Positions 7,605-18,220 of a DNA stretch of 29,034 bases are shown piece after piece. Origin of the DNA: Anaerolineales bacterium (GTDB taxonomy: Archaea > Halobacteriota > Methanosarcinia > Methanosarcinales > Methanocomedenaceae); contig JAIWAT010000001.1 of NCBI GenBank assembly GCA_048634225.1, positions 1 through 29,034 of the forward strand. Direction: 5' to 3'. Position 1 is the first letter of the stretch. Every line of letters begins with the position of its first letter. The translations under genes and the position numbers were made by a program. Below the pieces are notes generated by a model. The model did no database searches. It saw nothing but the letters and a program-made list of their open reading frames with translations, and was not told the origin of the DNA.

Positions 7605-7674
7605 AACCGCAGAGGACGCGGAGTACGCAGAGCATTTTTCCTCTTCTCTGCGTACCTCTGCGAACTCAGCGGTT
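7605..7674. repeat. Hairpin B: imperfect inverted repeat with three 9-10-nt CGCAGAG subrepeats per arm, AAC...GTT termini
   Basis: AACCGCAGAG GACGCGGAG TACGCAGAG [loop] CTCTGCGTA CCTCTGCGAA CTCAGCGGTT. Confidence 0.85.
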
Positions 7675-7948
7675 GGTATTGAACTGATTCCAGGCCCGAG
7701 TGTATGAGTTTCTATGAGAGGCCGGGGTTTCAGGGTGGTGGAAAAGTACAGGCAGACCGATTTTCCTGACTCCGGATCATTCTGCTGTTTTACAGAAGCT
7801 ACAATATGCATTTTGAGGCAGCAGCATGTCCAATAACTAACAGTTTTCAACGAAAATTAGAGGTCAATTTGCTTTTCTTTGAAAGTCAAGTCAAACTCTG
7901 CCACATATCTGGAATAACATATTCCCTTAATAAGCAGGGTTGAGGTTT

Positions 7949-8236
7949 CTAAAACATACGCTCAAGGGCTTGCCTGGCAGGCATTCCCACTTCAATTCCC
8001 AGATCGTCCGCAGCCTTAGTGGCCTCAACCACACCGGCTGCCAGCACGTCCTCGAAATTCCTGACACCCGTCACCTTTACAGCCACGTCGTCCAGGCGTT
8101 CTGCCATGGATATATCCAGGTATCCGCACATTACAAAACCCCTGGGTGCCCTTATGACCAGCAGCGGCGCATGCTCCATATCAATTTTCAGGCCCAGTGC
8201 GGTGCCGTTTTCCAGTTCAATGGATTCGATTAGCAT
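7949..8236 (-). CDS. DUF1805 / YunC family protein
   Basis: PLLVIRAPRGFVMCGYLDI...AVKVTGVRNFEDVL family pattern; 95 aa. Confidence 0.85.
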   Translation of the reverse strand: MLIESIELENGTALGLKIDMEHAPLLVIRAPRGFVMCGYLDISMAERLDDVAVKVTGVRNFEDVLAAGVVEATKAADDLGIEVGMPARQALERMF

Positions 8237-8239
8237 ATC

Positions 8240-8339
8240 TTAATCCAGTATTTTTAGTTCTGATGACTGGCAGGCAGGACAGCTTACTTCCCATACCTTT
8301 GAATCTGTTACCACATGCACTGCATTCATATCTTGCCAT
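8240..8339 (-). pseudogene. Small zinc-ribbon protein gene with an apparent frameshift
   Basis: MARYECSACGNRFKGMGSK in one frame; CPACQSSELKILD* in a shifted frame, ending TAA-GAT-ATG at the DUF1805 start. The 100-nt span is not a multiple of 3. Confidence 0.6.
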
Positions 8340-8450
8340 GGCAGCAACGCTCAGGTCCACGCTATCGGCAGCGCTTGAATCAACAAAACACATATTATAC
8401 TGCACCTCATTAGATAGAAATCCATTATAGGTAATAAGATTTCTGCCGAA

Positions 8451-8479
8451 CCGGCAAACACTGGCAAACACTTATATAT
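8451..8479 (+). promoter_or_regulatory. Putative TATA promoter of the SPOUT/r-protein operon, with a tandem 10-bp repeat just upstream
   Basis: CCGGCAAACA CTGGCAAACA C TTATATAT; ATG follows at 8495 (leaderless-type spacing). Confidence 0.5.
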
Positions 8480-8494
8480 CTCTTACAATATCAT

Positions 8495-9409
8495 ATGCGG
8501 AAAGTACTTATGCCATCTTTAGCCCAGGACAGAAGAAGTCCAGACCTGACAATACTTATACCCTCATCCCTGACATCAGAAACAAGGGACAAGAGAATAA
8601 AGACGTACAAGGTCGGGCAGATTGCAAGAGCGGCATCAGTGTTCAGGGTCGGGAAGATAATCATCTACCGTGACCCGCAATTCGATGACAGTAGGTTTAT
8701 AGACCTGCTGCTGAGATATGCAGAGACACCACAGTACCTGCGAAAACACCTGTTCCCCCTCAGGGAGGAACTAAAGCATGCAGGGGTGTTACCGCCGCTA
8801 AGGACACTGCATCATCCCATCGAATCAAGATCATCGAACCTCAACGAAGGAGAATTCCGGGTTGGGGTAGTGGTCCCAGGACCACAAAAAAAGAAAAGCG
8901 AGAAAAAAGTCGGATCTGACAAGAGTGCATGGGTCGATATCGGAATCGATAGCCCGGTCCGCCTCGAAGCACCTTCAAGGAAAGTGCGGAATGGCGAGCG
9001 CATTAATGTCAGAATCTTTTCGCGAAGACCAATACAAGCAAAGCTGGTAACAAAGGACGAGATCCCCATGTATTGGGGATACCGTACAGCAGTAGAAGAC
9101 AGCCTGTCAGGGGCGCTGGAAAAGATTTCAGAAGAAGGTGCCCTGATAATCGCCACATCCCGCCAGGGTAAGTTGCTCGACAACACACTCCTGGCACAGA
9201 TCGGTGATCGGACAAAGCAGTCTAATAATACTGCTGTGGTATTTGGCTCACCCAGGCAAGGTATAGAGACCATACTGGCCGATGAGGGTTTCAAACTCCC
9301 GGACTTCCATTGTGAAGTGCTCAATACCATACCCGGACAGGGAACAGCCACAGTAAGGACAGAAGAGGCCGTATGGGCTACACTGTCTGCGTTGAACCTG
9401 GTCAGGTAA
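8495..9409 (+). CDS. SPOUT-family RNA methyltransferase (DUF171 / MTH1-like)
   Basis: KTYKVGQIARAASVFRV, YAETPQYLRK, VVFGSPRQG, NTIPGQGTATVRTEEA; conserved position upstream of rpl3 in archaea. Confidence 0.9.
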   Translation: MRKVLMPSLAQDRRSPDLTILIPSSLTSETRDKRIKTYKVGQIARAASVFRVGKIIIYRDPQFDDSRFIDLLLRYAETPQYLRKHLFPLREELKHAGVLPPLRTLHHPIESRSSNLNEGEFRVGVVVPGPQKKKSEKKVGSDKSAWVDIGIDSPVRLEAPSRKVRNGERINVRIFSRRPIQAKLVTKDEIPMYWGYRTAVEDSLSGALEKISEEGALIIATSRQGKLLDNTLLAQIGDRTKQSNNTAVVFGSPRQGIETILADEGFKLPDFHCEVLNTIPGQGTATVRTEEAVWATLSALNLVR

Positions 9410-9465
9410 GCTGACGACCGTCCCACCAGATGCGATAGGATAATCCTATAACCAGGAGGAAGAGA

Positions 9466-10482
9466 ATGGCAAATTTACACAGACCAAGGCGAGGATCACT
9501 GGCCTTCAGCCCGAGGAAAAGGGCAAAGAGCCAGATACCTACTATGAGATCATGGTCCGAAGGAAACAAAGAGCCCAAACTGGGCGGTTTTGCCGGATAT
9601 AAAGTGGGCATGACCCATGTGATCATGATGGACGATAAGCCCAAAAGTCTCACAGAAGGTACGGAAATTTCCGTTCCGGTGACAGTGCTCGAAGTACCTG
9701 CAATGAAAATTGCAGCGATCAGGGTATATGGAGAACCAGGACCCTACGGCACAAAAATACTGGGCGAAGCATGGTCCGGTGACCTTGACCCCACGTTAGA
9801 CAAAAAACTATTCACACCAAAGAAAGCCAATCCGCAAAAGGCACTTGAAAAGATAGGGAAACTAGTTGAAGAAGGAAAGGTAGCAAACATCCATTTGATC
9901 TCTTATACGCTCCCGTCCCTGATAGCAGGAATCCCAAAAAAGACGCCTGATGTGATGGAGAACAGGATAGTTGGCGGGGATATGGCCACCAGACTTGAGT
10001 ATGCAGCATCCTTGATAGGGAAATCAGTAGAAGTTTCTGAAATTTTCAATACCGGTGATATGATAGACGTATCGGCCATCACTATAGGTAAAGGTACACA
10101 GGGACCTGTGAAACGGTGGGGCATCAACCTGATGAAACATAAACACAGCAGACAGGGCAGTCTCAGGCAGATAGGCACCCTGGGACCATGGAACCCATCA
10201 AGAGTGAGCTGGCGGGTACCACAACTGGGCCAGACCGGTTATCAACAGAGGACAGAGTATAATAAACGTATCATCAAGATCGGTGAGAACGGTGAGGAAG
10301 TGACCCCCAGTAGCGGATTCTTAAACTATGGGGAAGTAAGCGGGAATTATATGCTGTTAAAGGGCAGTGTTCCTGGTCCAAAGAAGCGACTTATCAGGCT
10401 AAGACCGGCCATAAGGGGCGATAAACAGCAGATCAGTGCACCCCAGGTATCATATATCAGTGTGAAGTCAAAGCAGGGGTGA
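9466..10482 (+). CDS. rpl3: 50S ribosomal protein uL3
   Basis: [39 protein letters not shown]; GGAGG RBS. Confidence 0.98.
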   Translation: MANLHRPRRGSLAFSPRKRAKSQIPTMRSWSEGNKEPKLGGFAGYKVGMTHVIMMDDKPKSLTEGTEISVPVTVLEVPAMKIAAIRVYGEPGPYGTKILGEAWSGDLDPTLDKKLFTPKKANPQKALEKIGKLVEEGKVANIHLISYTLPSLIAGIPKKTPDVMENRIVGGDMATRLEYAASLIGKSVEVSEIFNTGDMIDVSAITIGKGTQGPVKRWGINLMKHKHSRQGSLRQIGTLGPWNPSRVSWRVPQLGQTGYQQRTEYNKRIIKIGENGEEVTPSSGFLNYGEVSGNYMLLKGSVPGPKKRLIRLRPAIRGDKQQISAPQVSYISVKSKQG

Positions 10483-10489
10483 ATAAGAT

Positions 10490-11245
10490 ATGAGTAAAGC
10501 AAAAATTATGGATATTACAGGAGCCTCTAAAGGCGATATCGAGCTCCCTGCTGTATTTGATGAGATGTACAGGCCAGACCTGATCAAGAAAGCTGTACTT
10601 GCAGCCCAGGCCAACAGGTTACAGGTCTACGGTCCCACACCCTATGCCGGTATGCAGACTTCGGCAGCTAACTGGGGTCCCGGCCGCGGTGCAGCCCGTG
10701 TACCCAGGATCAAGACAGGTAACCGTGTGGCCCGTATCACCCAGGCAAGGGGCGGCAGGAAAGCCCATCCACCCAAGGTTGAGAAAGATTATTCTGAGAA
10801 GATCAATAAGAAGGAACGTTACAGGGCCATCAATTCGGCCATTGCAGCCACTGCAAATCCCGAACTGGTCCGCAACAGGGGACACAAGTTCGATGCTGAG
10901 CTGCCCATTGTAGCTGATGACGGATTCCAGGATATCAAGACAACTAAAGAGGTTGTCGGGTTCATGGAAGCCATTAATGTGTACGATGATGTGATAAGGG
11001 CAAAGAACGGCAAGCACATCAGGGCAGGCGGAGGCAAGAGACGCGGACGCAAGTACAAGAAGCCCAAGAGCCTGCTTATTATAATAGGCGAAGATAACGG
11101 CATCGTACGTGCGGCAAGGAACCTATCAGGTGTGGACGTGATCAGTGTGAACAGGTTGAATACTGAACTGTTGGCACCAGGTACCCATGCAGGCAGGCTT
11201 GCCATATGGACTGAATCTGCCATCAAGGTATTAGGGGAGGAGTGA
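10490..11245 (+). CDS. rpl4: 50S ribosomal protein uL4
   Basis: [30 protein letters not shown]. Confidence 0.98.
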   Translation: MSKAKIMDITGASKGDIELPAVFDEMYRPDLIKKAVLAAQANRLQVYGPTPYAGMQTSAANWGPGRGAARVPRIKTGNRVARITQARGGRKAHPPKVEKDYSEKINKKERYRAINSAIAATANPELVRNRGHKFDAELPIVADDGFQDIKTTKEVVGFMEAINVYDDVIRAKNGKHIRAGGGKRRGRKYKKPKSLLIIIGEDNGIVRAARNLSGVDVISVNRLNTELLAPGTHAGRLAIWTESAIKVLGEE

Positions 11246-11248
11246 TCA

Positions 11249-11500
11249 ATGTCAGTAATATTACATCCATTTGTTACAGAGAAGGCCACATTCCATATCG
11301 AGGACGAGAACAAATTGCAGTTCGTGGTTGATATCAATGCCACCAAGGACCAGATCAAAAAAGAGATCGAGGAACTGTACGATATCCCGGTGCTTTCAGT
11401 GAGAACAATGATTACTATGAAAGGGAAGAAAAAGGCTATCGTATCCTTTGAAGGCGATAACACAGCCGGCGAACTTGCATCCAAACTTGGAATATTCTAG
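11249..11500 (+). CDS. rpl23: 50S ribosomal protein uL23
   Basis: PFVTEKA, NKLQFVVD, GKKKAIV. Confidence 0.97.
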   Translation: MSVILHPFVTEKATFHIEDENKLQFVVDINATKDQIKKEIEELYDIPVLSVRTMITMKGKKKAIVSFEGDNTAGELASKLGIF

Positions 11501-11515
11501 GGAAGGTGAAAAGAT

Positions 11516-12229
11516 ATGGGAAAAAGAATTATTTCACAGAACCGGGGTAAAGGAACACCCACCTATCGGGCACCCTCCCATAAGTTCAAGGCCAAGCTTA
11601 GACACATAAAAGTGGACAGGGACGAAACAGTCAAAGGCGAAGTCATTGAGATACTGCACGATACTGCCAGGTCTGCACCTATTGCCAGGGTCAGCCTGGA
11701 CAACGGGGAAGAACGCCTGATACTGATACCTGAAGGCATTGCAGTGGGGCAGGAGATCGCATGCGGTATTTCCGCGGAGATACTGCAAGGTAATACGCTG
11801 CCACTGCGAGAGATTCCTGAAGGCATACTGTTGTGCAATATAGAGAACAAACCCGGTGACGGCGGGCAGCTTGCCAGGTCAAGCGGTGTATATGCCGTAC
11901 TGATCGCCCATGATGTGGGCAAGACCGTGGTGCAGATGCCCAGTGGAGCATTGAAATGGCTGAATCCCGGGTGCAAAGCTACCATTGGCGTAGTGGCAGG
12001 CGGAGGCAGGGTCGATAAGCCCTTTGTGAAGGCCGGTAAGAAATATCATAAATTAAAGACAAGAGCAGCAAAGTATCCCAGGGTGTCCGGTGTGGCAATG
12101 AACGCCATAGATCACCCCTTCGGAGGCGGTGGATGGCAGCATCCGGGGAGACCCAAGACTGTAAGCCGAAGAGCACCACCAGGCAGGAAGGTCGGGTCCA
12201 TTGCGGCAAGAAGAACAGGAAAGAGGTGA
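11516..12229 (+). CDS. rpl2: 50S ribosomal protein uL2
   Basis: [41 protein letters not shown]. Confidence 0.98.
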   Translation: MGKRIISQNRGKGTPTYRAPSHKFKAKLRHIKVDRDETVKGEVIEILHDTARSAPIARVSLDNGEERLILIPEGIAVGQEIACGISAEILQGNTLPLREIPEGILLCNIENKPGDGGQLARSSGVYAVLIAHDVGKTVVQMPSGALKWLNPGCKATIGVVAGGGRVDKPFVKAGKKYHKLKTRAAKYPRVSGVAMNAIDHPFGGGGWQHPGRPKTVSRRAPPGRKVGSIAARRTGKR

Positions 12230-12235
12230 TAAGGT

Positions 12236-12649
12236 ATGGCAAAGAAATCAACCACCAAACTGCCCAAGAGAAAGGGTGAGTTTACCTACCGGGGAAAGAC
12301 TCTCCAGGACCTGAAAAAGATGAGCCTGGAAGAGTTTGCTGAACTCTTACCTGCCAGACAGCGCAGGACCATCAGCCGCGGGCTTGGCGATGAACATAAG
12401 AAAATATTGAACAAGATCAATGACGGAGATACCACCATCAAGACACACCTGAGGGATATGATCATCCTTCCTGAGATGGTAGGCCTCAATCTGGAGATAC
12501 ACAACGGGAAGAGCTTCGAGAAGGTTGAGGTCATACCCGAGATGCTGGGACACTACTTTGGTGAATATTCCTTTACCCGTAGGCGGGTTTCACACGGTTC
12601 GGCCGGTGTAGGGGCTACCAAGTCCAGCAAGTTCGTACCGCTGAAGTGA
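12236..12649 (+). CDS. rps19: 30S ribosomal protein uS19
   Basis: [34 protein letters not shown]. Confidence 0.98.
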   Translation: MAKKSTTKLPKRKGEFTYRGKTLQDLKKMSLEEFAELLPARQRRTISRGLGDEHKKILNKINDGDTTIKTHLRDMIILPEMVGLNLEIHNGKSFEKVEVIPEMLGHYFGEYSFTRRRVSHGSAGVGATKSSKFVPLK

Positions 12650-12663
12650 TGGAGGAAGATTAT

Positions 12664-13119
12664 ATGGCAAGAATTGCTTATTCAGCACAGGCAGACCCTG
12701 ATACTACATCAAGGGCCATGGGTCATGAACTCCATATTTCACCCAGGCATTCAAGGGAGATATGCAGGGCTATCAAAGGTATGAAGACCGACCAGGCAAT
12801 AAAGTACCTTGAGGATGTATCCGTCCTGAAACAGGCAGTCCCGTTCAAGCGTCATAACGACGGTATGGGACACCGCAGAGGTCACATGGCCGCAGGCAGG
12901 TATCCACAGAAGGCTGCAAAGGAGTTTATTAAGTTACTGGTGAATGCCGAAGCCAATGCCGAATATAAGGGACTGGATTCCGACAATATGAGGATAACAC
13001 ATATCGCTACCAAACAGGGCCGGGTCATCAGGGGCTACAGGCCGCGGGCAAGGGGCAGGTCATCTCCCAAGAACACAGAGACAGTGAATATAGAAATGAT
13101 AATCCAGGAGGTGCAGTGA
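12664..13119 (+). CDS. rpl22: 50S ribosomal protein uL22
   Basis: [24 protein letters not shown]; start placed after the GGAGG RBS. Confidence 0.97.
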   Translation: MARIAYSAQADPDTTSRAMGHELHISPRHSREICRAIKGMKTDQAIKYLEDVSVLKQAVPFKRHNDGMGHRRGHMAAGRYPQKAAKEFIKLLVNAEANAEYKGLDSDNMRITHIATKQGRVIRGYRPRARGRSSPKNTETVNIEMIIQEVQ

Positions 13120-13121
13120 AC

Positions 13122-14195
13122 ATGGGAATAGAAAGAAAGTTCGTGCAGGACGGGCTGACCAAGGCAAGGATCAATGAATATTTTACCAAACAGCTTGAAC
13201 GTGCCGGATACGGTGGAATGGTAATTAACCGTACGCCCATGGGCACCCAGATAACATTATTTGCAGAGAAACCTGGAATGGTCATCGGTAAAGGTGGCAA
13301 GACCATACACCGTCTTACCAATGATATGTCCTATGTTTATAGTATAGATAATCCCCAGATCGATGTACAGGAGATCAAGGTACCTGAACTCAATGCCCAG
13401 ATGATGGCAAATCGTCTGGCCAATGCACTTGAAAGGGGATGGTACTTCAGGAAAGCTGGTTATAACATGCTTCGCAGAATTATGGATTCGGGGGCATTGG
13501 GCTGTGAGATAGTCCTATCAGGAAAGTTCACAGGACCCAGGTCCAAGGTATCCAAGATGGTCGAAGGATATATCAAGCATGCAGGTAAACCGGCCGAAGA
13601 ACTGGTGGATACCGGTTTTGCCACTGCCGTGAAAAAGCTGGGTACTATCGGGTGCCGTGTACGTATTGTACAACCCGGCACTGAACTGCCAGGTAAGTTC
13701 TATATGCTAAAAGACGAAACTCCGGCCGCACCTGAGACCCCTGAACCTGAGGCAAAGGCAAAAGAAGGTATCAAAGAGGTACTGGAAAAGGCCCCGGAGG
13801 AGCCAGGGATGAAGAATATCAGGCAGGTAGGCAGTGTGTGGGAACACAAACACGATGACCTGGACTGGCATCCTATGTCCATACCCCATCCGGCTGCTGC
13901 AGCGGTCCCTGTGACCGAGGTCGCAGAAGAGGAAACGGTAACGGCTGTTGAAGTAGAACCCACTGTTGAAGCAAAAACCGCTGTTGAAGCAGAACCTACT
14001 GTTGAAGCAGAACCTACTGTTGAAGCAGAATCTACCACAAAGACAGTTGAAAAGCCTGTTCAATCGCCTGATATTGAATTGCCGGAAGGTGAACAGACAC
14101 GTATCAACGAAGGTGTGGAAGAACACAGACACGAAGGTTATGATTACTGGCACCCCAGTTCCAGGACACATAAAAACAAAGGAGATGAAGAGTAA
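13122..14195 (+). CDS. rps3: 30S ribosomal protein uS3 with a long C-terminal extension
   Basis: [13 protein letters not shown] (KH domain), [21 protein letters not shown]; start placed after GGAGGTG. Confidence 0.97.
   Translation: MGIERKFVQDGLTKARINEYFTKQLERAGYGGMVINRTPMGTQITLFAEKPGMVIGKGGKTIHRLTNDMSYVYSIDNPQIDVQEIKVPELNAQMMANRLANALERGWYFRKAGYNMLRRIMDSGALGCEIVLSGKFTGPRSKVSKMVEGYIKHAGKPAEELVDTGFATAVKKLGTIGCRVRIVQPGTELPGKFYMLKDETPAAPETPEPEAKAKEGIKEVLEKAPEEPGMKNIRQVGSVWEHKHDDLDWHPMSIPHPAAAAVPVTEVAEEETVTAVEVEPTVEAKTAVEAEPTVEAEPTVEAESTTKTVEKPVQSPDIELPEGEQTRINEGVEEHRHEGYDYWHPSSRTHKNKGDEE
13945..14034 (+). repeat. In-frame 18-bp tandem repeat x5 within rps3
   Basis: Units of CTGTTGAAG(C/T)A(G/A)AA.C.. 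at 13945, 13963, 13981, 13999 and 14017, encoding VE(A/V)EPT-like units. Confidence 0.95.
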
Positions 14196-14395
14196 TGGCG
14201 ATCCTGCGAGTGGACGAGATCCGTAACCTGAGCCGGGAAGAGAAACTGGACGAGCTGGAAAAACTTAATGCCGAACTCATAAGGGAACGTGCCATTGCAT
14301 CCTCAGGCGGTGCACCAGAGAACCCGGGCCGCATCGGTGAGCTGCGAAGGACCATTGCAAGGATCAAGACCATCCAGAAGGAGACCGGCGAATAA
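14195..14395 (+). CDS. rpl29: 50S ribosomal protein uL29
   Basis: [10 protein letters not shown]...[18 protein letters not shown]. Confidence 0.97.
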   Translation: MAILRVDEIRNLSREEKLDELEKLNAELIRERAIASSGGAPENPGRIGELRRTIARIKTIQKETGE

Positions 14396-14405
14396 GAGGT
14401 AATAT

Positions 14406-14741
14406 ATGCAGATATCACCCCACAACCTCATCCATCACGAATTGATAGGTCTTGAGGTAGAGGTGGTTGACAGCACTAATCCATATCAAATAGGAATAAA
14501 AGGAACGGTGATCGACGAAACCAGGAATATATTGAAGATCGATGTGGACGGCGGGCATGTTAGAATGGTGTCCAAATCCCACACTGATTTCATATTCACA
14601 ATACCCGCGGGCAATGGCAGACGTTACCTGCCAGATACCCGAACGCGGGTTAAGGTAAAAGGAACTTTACTGCTCTCACAACCTGAAAACCGCATTCAGA
14701 CAAAGTTCAAGAAAAGCTTCAGACGAAGAAAGAATAAATAA
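14406..14741 (+). CDS. rnp1: Ribonuclease P protein component 1 (Rpp29/Pop4)
   Basis: NLIHHELIGLEVEV, GIKGTVIDETRN, PENRI; canonical position between rpl29 and rps17. Confidence 0.93.
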   Translation: MQISPHNLIHHELIGLEVEVVDSTNPYQIGIKGTVIDETRNILKIDVDGGHVRMVSKSHTDFIFTIPAGNGRRYLPDTRTRVKVKGTLLLSQPENRIQTKFKKSFRRRKNK

Positions 14742-14768
14742 ATATCATATAATAATGAGGAATATAAG

Positions 14769-15095
14769 ATGACACGAGACATAGGACTGGACATCAATGC
14801 TTCTCCTGATGAGGAGTGTAATGATATCAACTGTCCATTCCATGGGACGCTGCCAGTAAGAGGTCAGGTTTTTACCGGGTCAGTTGTCAGCAGTAAAATG
14901 GATAAGACAGTTGTTGTGAAGAGGACCTTTGAGAAACTGGTCACTAAGTATGAGCGATATGAGAAAAGGCAGTCAAAGTTGCATGCCCATAATCCCCCAT
15001 GTATCAATGCAAAAGAGGGGGACGTGGTAAAGATCGCTGAATGCAGGCCGCTCAGTAAAACCAAGAAATTCGTAGTGATCGAGGTGACCAAATGA
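14769..15095 (+). CDS. rps17: 30S ribosomal protein uS17
   Basis: [27 protein letters not shown]. Confidence 0.98.
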   Translation: MTRDIGLDINASPDEECNDINCPFHGTLPVRGQVFTGSVVSSKMDKTVVVKRTFEKLVTKYERYEKRQSKLHAHNPPCINAKEGDVVKIAECRPLSKTKKFVVIEVTK

Positions 15096-15490
15096 TCGGG
15101 ATGAAAGCCAAGATACCCCGTGCATTGAATGCCGGTGCCAGGCTGGACTGTGTAGACAATACAGGTGCCAGGCAGGTAGAGATCATTTCCGTGAAAAAAT
15201 ACAGGGGTGTCAAGAACAGGCATCCAAAAGGCGGAATAGGAGATATGCTGGTGGTCAGTGTAAAAAAAGGTACACCCGAGATGCGTAAGCAGATACTGAA
15301 TGCAGTGGTGATAAGGCAGAAAAAGGAATATAGGCGTCCGGACGGACTTCGTGTTTCCTTTGAGGATAATGCCGCAGTGATCACTGATCTGGACGGTATC
15401 CCAAAAGGTACCGAGATCAAGGGGCCGGTTGCCAGGGAAGCGGCTGAAAGATTCAGTAAGATAGCCACGGCAGCTTCAATTATAGTATGA
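15092..15490 (+). CDS. rpl14: 50S ribosomal protein uL14
   Basis: [27 protein letters not shown]. Confidence 0.98.
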   Translation: MIGMKAKIPRALNAGARLDCVDNTGARQVEIISVKKYRGVKNRHPKGGIGDMLVVSVKKGTPEMRKQILNAVVIRQKKEYRRPDGLRVSFEDNAAVITDLDGIPKGTEIKGPVAREAAERFSKIATAASIIV

Positions 15491-15501
15491 GGTGCTTATC
15501 A

Positions 15502-15867
15502 ATGAAGATCGAATCCAAACAACCGAGAAAACAGCGCAAAGCACGCTATAATGCGTCGCTTCACCAGCGCCAGAAATTGATGAGTGTCCAGTTAAGTCAT
15601 GAACTCAGGGCCAAGTACAATAAGCGTAACATTCCTGTAAATGTGAATGACACTGTAATGGTCATGCGCGGTGACCATACCGGTACTGAAGGTAAGGTGG
15701 AACTGGTGGACTTAAAGAGAGGTACCATCGTAGTTGAAGGCGTTAGTGTGCCCAAGGCTGACGGTACTGAGGTACCCAGACCGGTACAACCGTCCAATGT
15801 AATGATAACCAAACTTGAACTCGATGACGACATAAGGAAACTTACCCTCAACAGAGGAGGCGAATAA
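15502..15867 (+). CDS. rpl24: 50S ribosomal protein uL24
   Basis: [27 protein letters not shown]; start placed after the GAGGTG RBS. Confidence 0.97.
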   Translation: MKIESKQPRKQRKARYNASLHQRQKLMSVQLSHELRAKYNKRNIPVNVNDTVMVMRGDHTGTEGKVELVDLKRGTIVVEGVSVPKADGTEVPRPVQPSNVMITKLELDDDIRKLTLNRGGE

Positions 15868-15869
15868 GA

Positions 15870-16586
15870 GTGAGCAGACATCAGAAGAGTGTGGCAGCAC
15901 CCAGGAGCTGGCCCATATCCAAGAAGGCTAATATCTGGGTGACCAAACCAAACCCGGGTCCCCACTCCCTTAAACAGGCCATCCCGTTGGGTGTGCTTAT
16001 CAGGGATATATTGAAATTAACAGATAATCTGCGTGAGACAAAGCGTGTCTTAAACGAGGGCAGCATACTGGTTGACGGTATTGTGAGAAGGGACCATAAG
16101 TTCCCTGTAGGCATCTTTGATGTTATCCAGGCCCCTAAGTTGGGAGTATCTTACAGGATGCTCCTGGACCCCAAGGGTCGATTAAGGCTCAACGAGCTGG
16201 ATGTGGATAAACCAAGGAAACCGTGCAGGATCCTCAACAAGACCACAGTCAAGGACGGCAAAGTACAGTTGAACCTTCATGACGGGACCAATATCCTTGC
16301 CGGTAATGACTATAAAACAAAGGACACGATCATTCTCGATATTCCTGAAAAAAGTGTACATAAACACATCAAGTACGAACCAGGGAACCTGGCTGTAGTC
16401 ATCGGCGGCACCCATTCAGGGCAGCTTGCCAAGATCAAGGAGATCAAGTCCGTACGCAGCAGCAGGCATAACATGGTGGTGCTGTCAAAGGATGATGGTA
16501 CAGAGTTTGAGACCATTGAGGATTACGTGTTCGTAGTTGGTACTGATAAACCGGAATTCAACCTGGGAGATGAGATCAATGAGTGA
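15870..16586 (+). CDS. rps4e: 30S ribosomal protein eS4
   Basis: GTG start; [32 protein letters not shown]. Confidence 0.97.
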   Translation: MSRHQKSVAAPRSWPISKKANIWVTKPNPGPHSLKQAIPLGVLIRDILKLTDNLRETKRVLNEGSILVDGIVRRDHKFPVGIFDVIQAPKLGVSYRMLLDPKGRLRLNELDVDKPRKPCRILNKTTVKDGKVQLNLHDGTNILAGNDYKTKDTIILDIPEKSVHKHIKYEPGNLAVVIGGTHSGQLAKIKEIKSVRSSRHNMVVLSKDDGTEFETIEDYVFVVGTDKPEFNLGDEINE

Positions 16587-17097
16587 GAATAATCTTATGA
16601 CAATACCCAGGGTAGATAAGGTCACAGTCCACATAGGCGTGGGCGAGAGTGGAGAGAGGCTCAATAAGGCAGAAGACATTCTTAGTGAGATCACCGGGCA
16701 GGGAGTTGTAAGGACAAAAGCCAAAAGAACACTGCAAACCTTTGCCATTAAGAAGAACGAACCTATCGGGTGTAAAGTGACACTAAGGAGTAAACTTGCA
16801 GAGAGTTTCCTTAAGACCAGTCTTGGCATTATCGAGAATTCACTTAGGGAATCCCAGTTCGATGATACAGGGAATTTCAGTTTCGGTATAGAGGAACATA
16901 CCGATTATGAAGGAATGAAGTATGACCCTAATATTGGTATTTATGGCATGGATGTGACTGTGGCACTGATCAAGCCGGGTTACAGGATAGGCAGGCGTAA
17001 GATTGGAAAACGAAAGATACCAAACAGTCACAGGATGACAAAGCAGGATGCCATGGCCTTTATAAATGAGTATTACGGTGTGGAGGTAGTGGCATGA
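16579..17097 (+). CDS. rpl5: 50S ribosomal protein uL5
   Basis: [41 protein letters not shown]. Confidence 0.97.
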   Translation: MSENNLMTIPRVDKVTVHIGVGESGERLNKAEDILSEITGQGVVRTKAKRTLQTFAIKKNEPIGCKVTLRSKLAESFLKTSLGIIENSLRESQFDDTGNFSFGIEEHTDYEGMKYDPNIGIYGMDVTVALIKPGYRIGRRKIGKRKIPNSHRMTKQDAMAFINEYYGVEVVA

Positions 17098-17261
17098 ACA
17101 AAGAAACAGTCGCAGAGATAGAAAACAAGTTCGGCCGAGGAGCCAACGAGTGCCGCAGGTGCGGCCGGAAACAGGGTCTTGTAAGGAAATACGGAATATA
17201 CCTGTGCAGGCAGTGTTTCAGGGAAATTGCACCTGACATGGGATTTAACAAATATTCGTGA
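17094..17261 (+). CDS. rps14: 30S ribosomal protein uS14 (zinc-binding), missed by the ORF track
   Basis: 55 aa: [55 protein letters not shown]. Confidence 0.97.
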   Translation: MNKETVAEIENKFGRGANECRRCGRKQGLVRKYGIYLCRQCFREIAPDMGFNKYS

Positions 17262-17271
17262 GGTGAATAAA

Positions 17272-17664
17272 ATGGTATTATTAGACCCACTGGCAGACGC
17301 ACTCTCAACCATAATCAATGCAGAGAGCACAGGTAAACCCGACTGCATCATACATCCAGCATCAAAACTGATAGGTAATGTATTGAAAGTAATGCAGGAT
17401 ATAGGGTACATTGGCAATTACGAGTTCATAGACGACGGCAAGTCGGGTATGATCAAAGTGGAACTTATTGGAAAGATCAACAAATGTGGAGTCATCAAAC
17501 CCAGGTCATCTGTGGGGTACCACGACTTTGAAAAATGGGAGAAACGCTACCTTCCGGCCCGTAATTTCGGTACCTTGGTACTGACCACGCCTGATGGGGT
17601 GCTGCCCCATAGTGAGGCCAGGTCCAGGTCAGTTGGCGGGCAATTGCTGGCATACGTGTACTGA
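17272..17664 (+). CDS. rps8: 30S ribosomal protein uS8
   Basis: [28 protein letters not shown]. Confidence 0.98.
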   Translation: MVLLDPLADALSTIINAESTGKPDCIIHPASKLIGNVLKVMQDIGYIGNYEFIDDGKSGMIKVELIGKINKCGVIKPRSSVGYHDFEKWEKRYLPARNFGTLVLTTPDGVLPHSEARSRSVGGQLLAYVY

Positions 17665-17674
17665 GGTGTGAAGA

Positions 17675-18211
17675 ATGCCAAAGGATTTGAAAAAGACACT
17701 GGACATTCCCGAGGGGGTCACTCTAGTACTGGAAGGTAACAGCATTTCAGTCACCGGTCCCAGGGGTTCATCTGTCCGTGAATTATGGTATCCGGGAATT
17801 GTCATAACGCTGGAGGAAAACCAGGTTATGGTGGACTCGTCCAACCAAAGGAAAAAACAGGTAGCTATGATGGGTACAATTGCGTCCCATATCAGTAATA
17901 TGATCAATGGTGTCACCGATGGATATACATACAGGATGAAGGTTGTATATTCCCACTTCCCGATCCAGTTGAAAGTGGTAGGGGATCACCTCAGTATCGG
18001 GAATTTCCTTGGCGAGAAGAAACCAAGGAAGGCAAAGATACAGGGTGACACAAAAGTGGAGACCAAAGGTGACGAAGTGATCGTTTCAGGTATAGCTATT
18101 GAAGATGTAGGCCAGACTGCAGCCAATATCCAGCAGGCGACCAAGATCAAAAGGTTTGACCCAAGGGTATTCCAGGACGGCATATACATGGTGGAGAAGA
18201 CGACAGCGTAG
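17675..18211 (+). CDS. rpl6: 50S ribosomal protein uL6
   Basis: YSHFPIQ, NFLGEKKPR, DPRVFQDGIY. Confidence 0.98.
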   Translation: MPKDLKKTLDIPEGVTLVLEGNSISVTGPRGSSVRELWYPGIVITLEENQVMVDSSNQRKKQVAMMGTIASHISNMINGVTDGYTYRMKVVYSHFPIQLKVVGDHLSIGNFLGEKKPRKAKIQGDTKVETKGDEVIVSGIAIEDVGQTAANIQQATKIKRFDPRVFQDGIYMVEKTTA

Positions 18212-18220
18212 GTGATAGTA

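Noticed and set aside
6450-7674. Possible CRISPR array or canonical integron attC array
   Set aside because: Only two copies of each repeat type, no regular spacers, no cas or intI gene; R1/R2 lack attC core motifs.
14396-14405. Absence of SUI1/aIF1 between rpl29 and rnp1, and of rpl34e/rpl14e around cmk
   Set aside because: Lineage-typical gene order for Methanomicrobia-type genomes.
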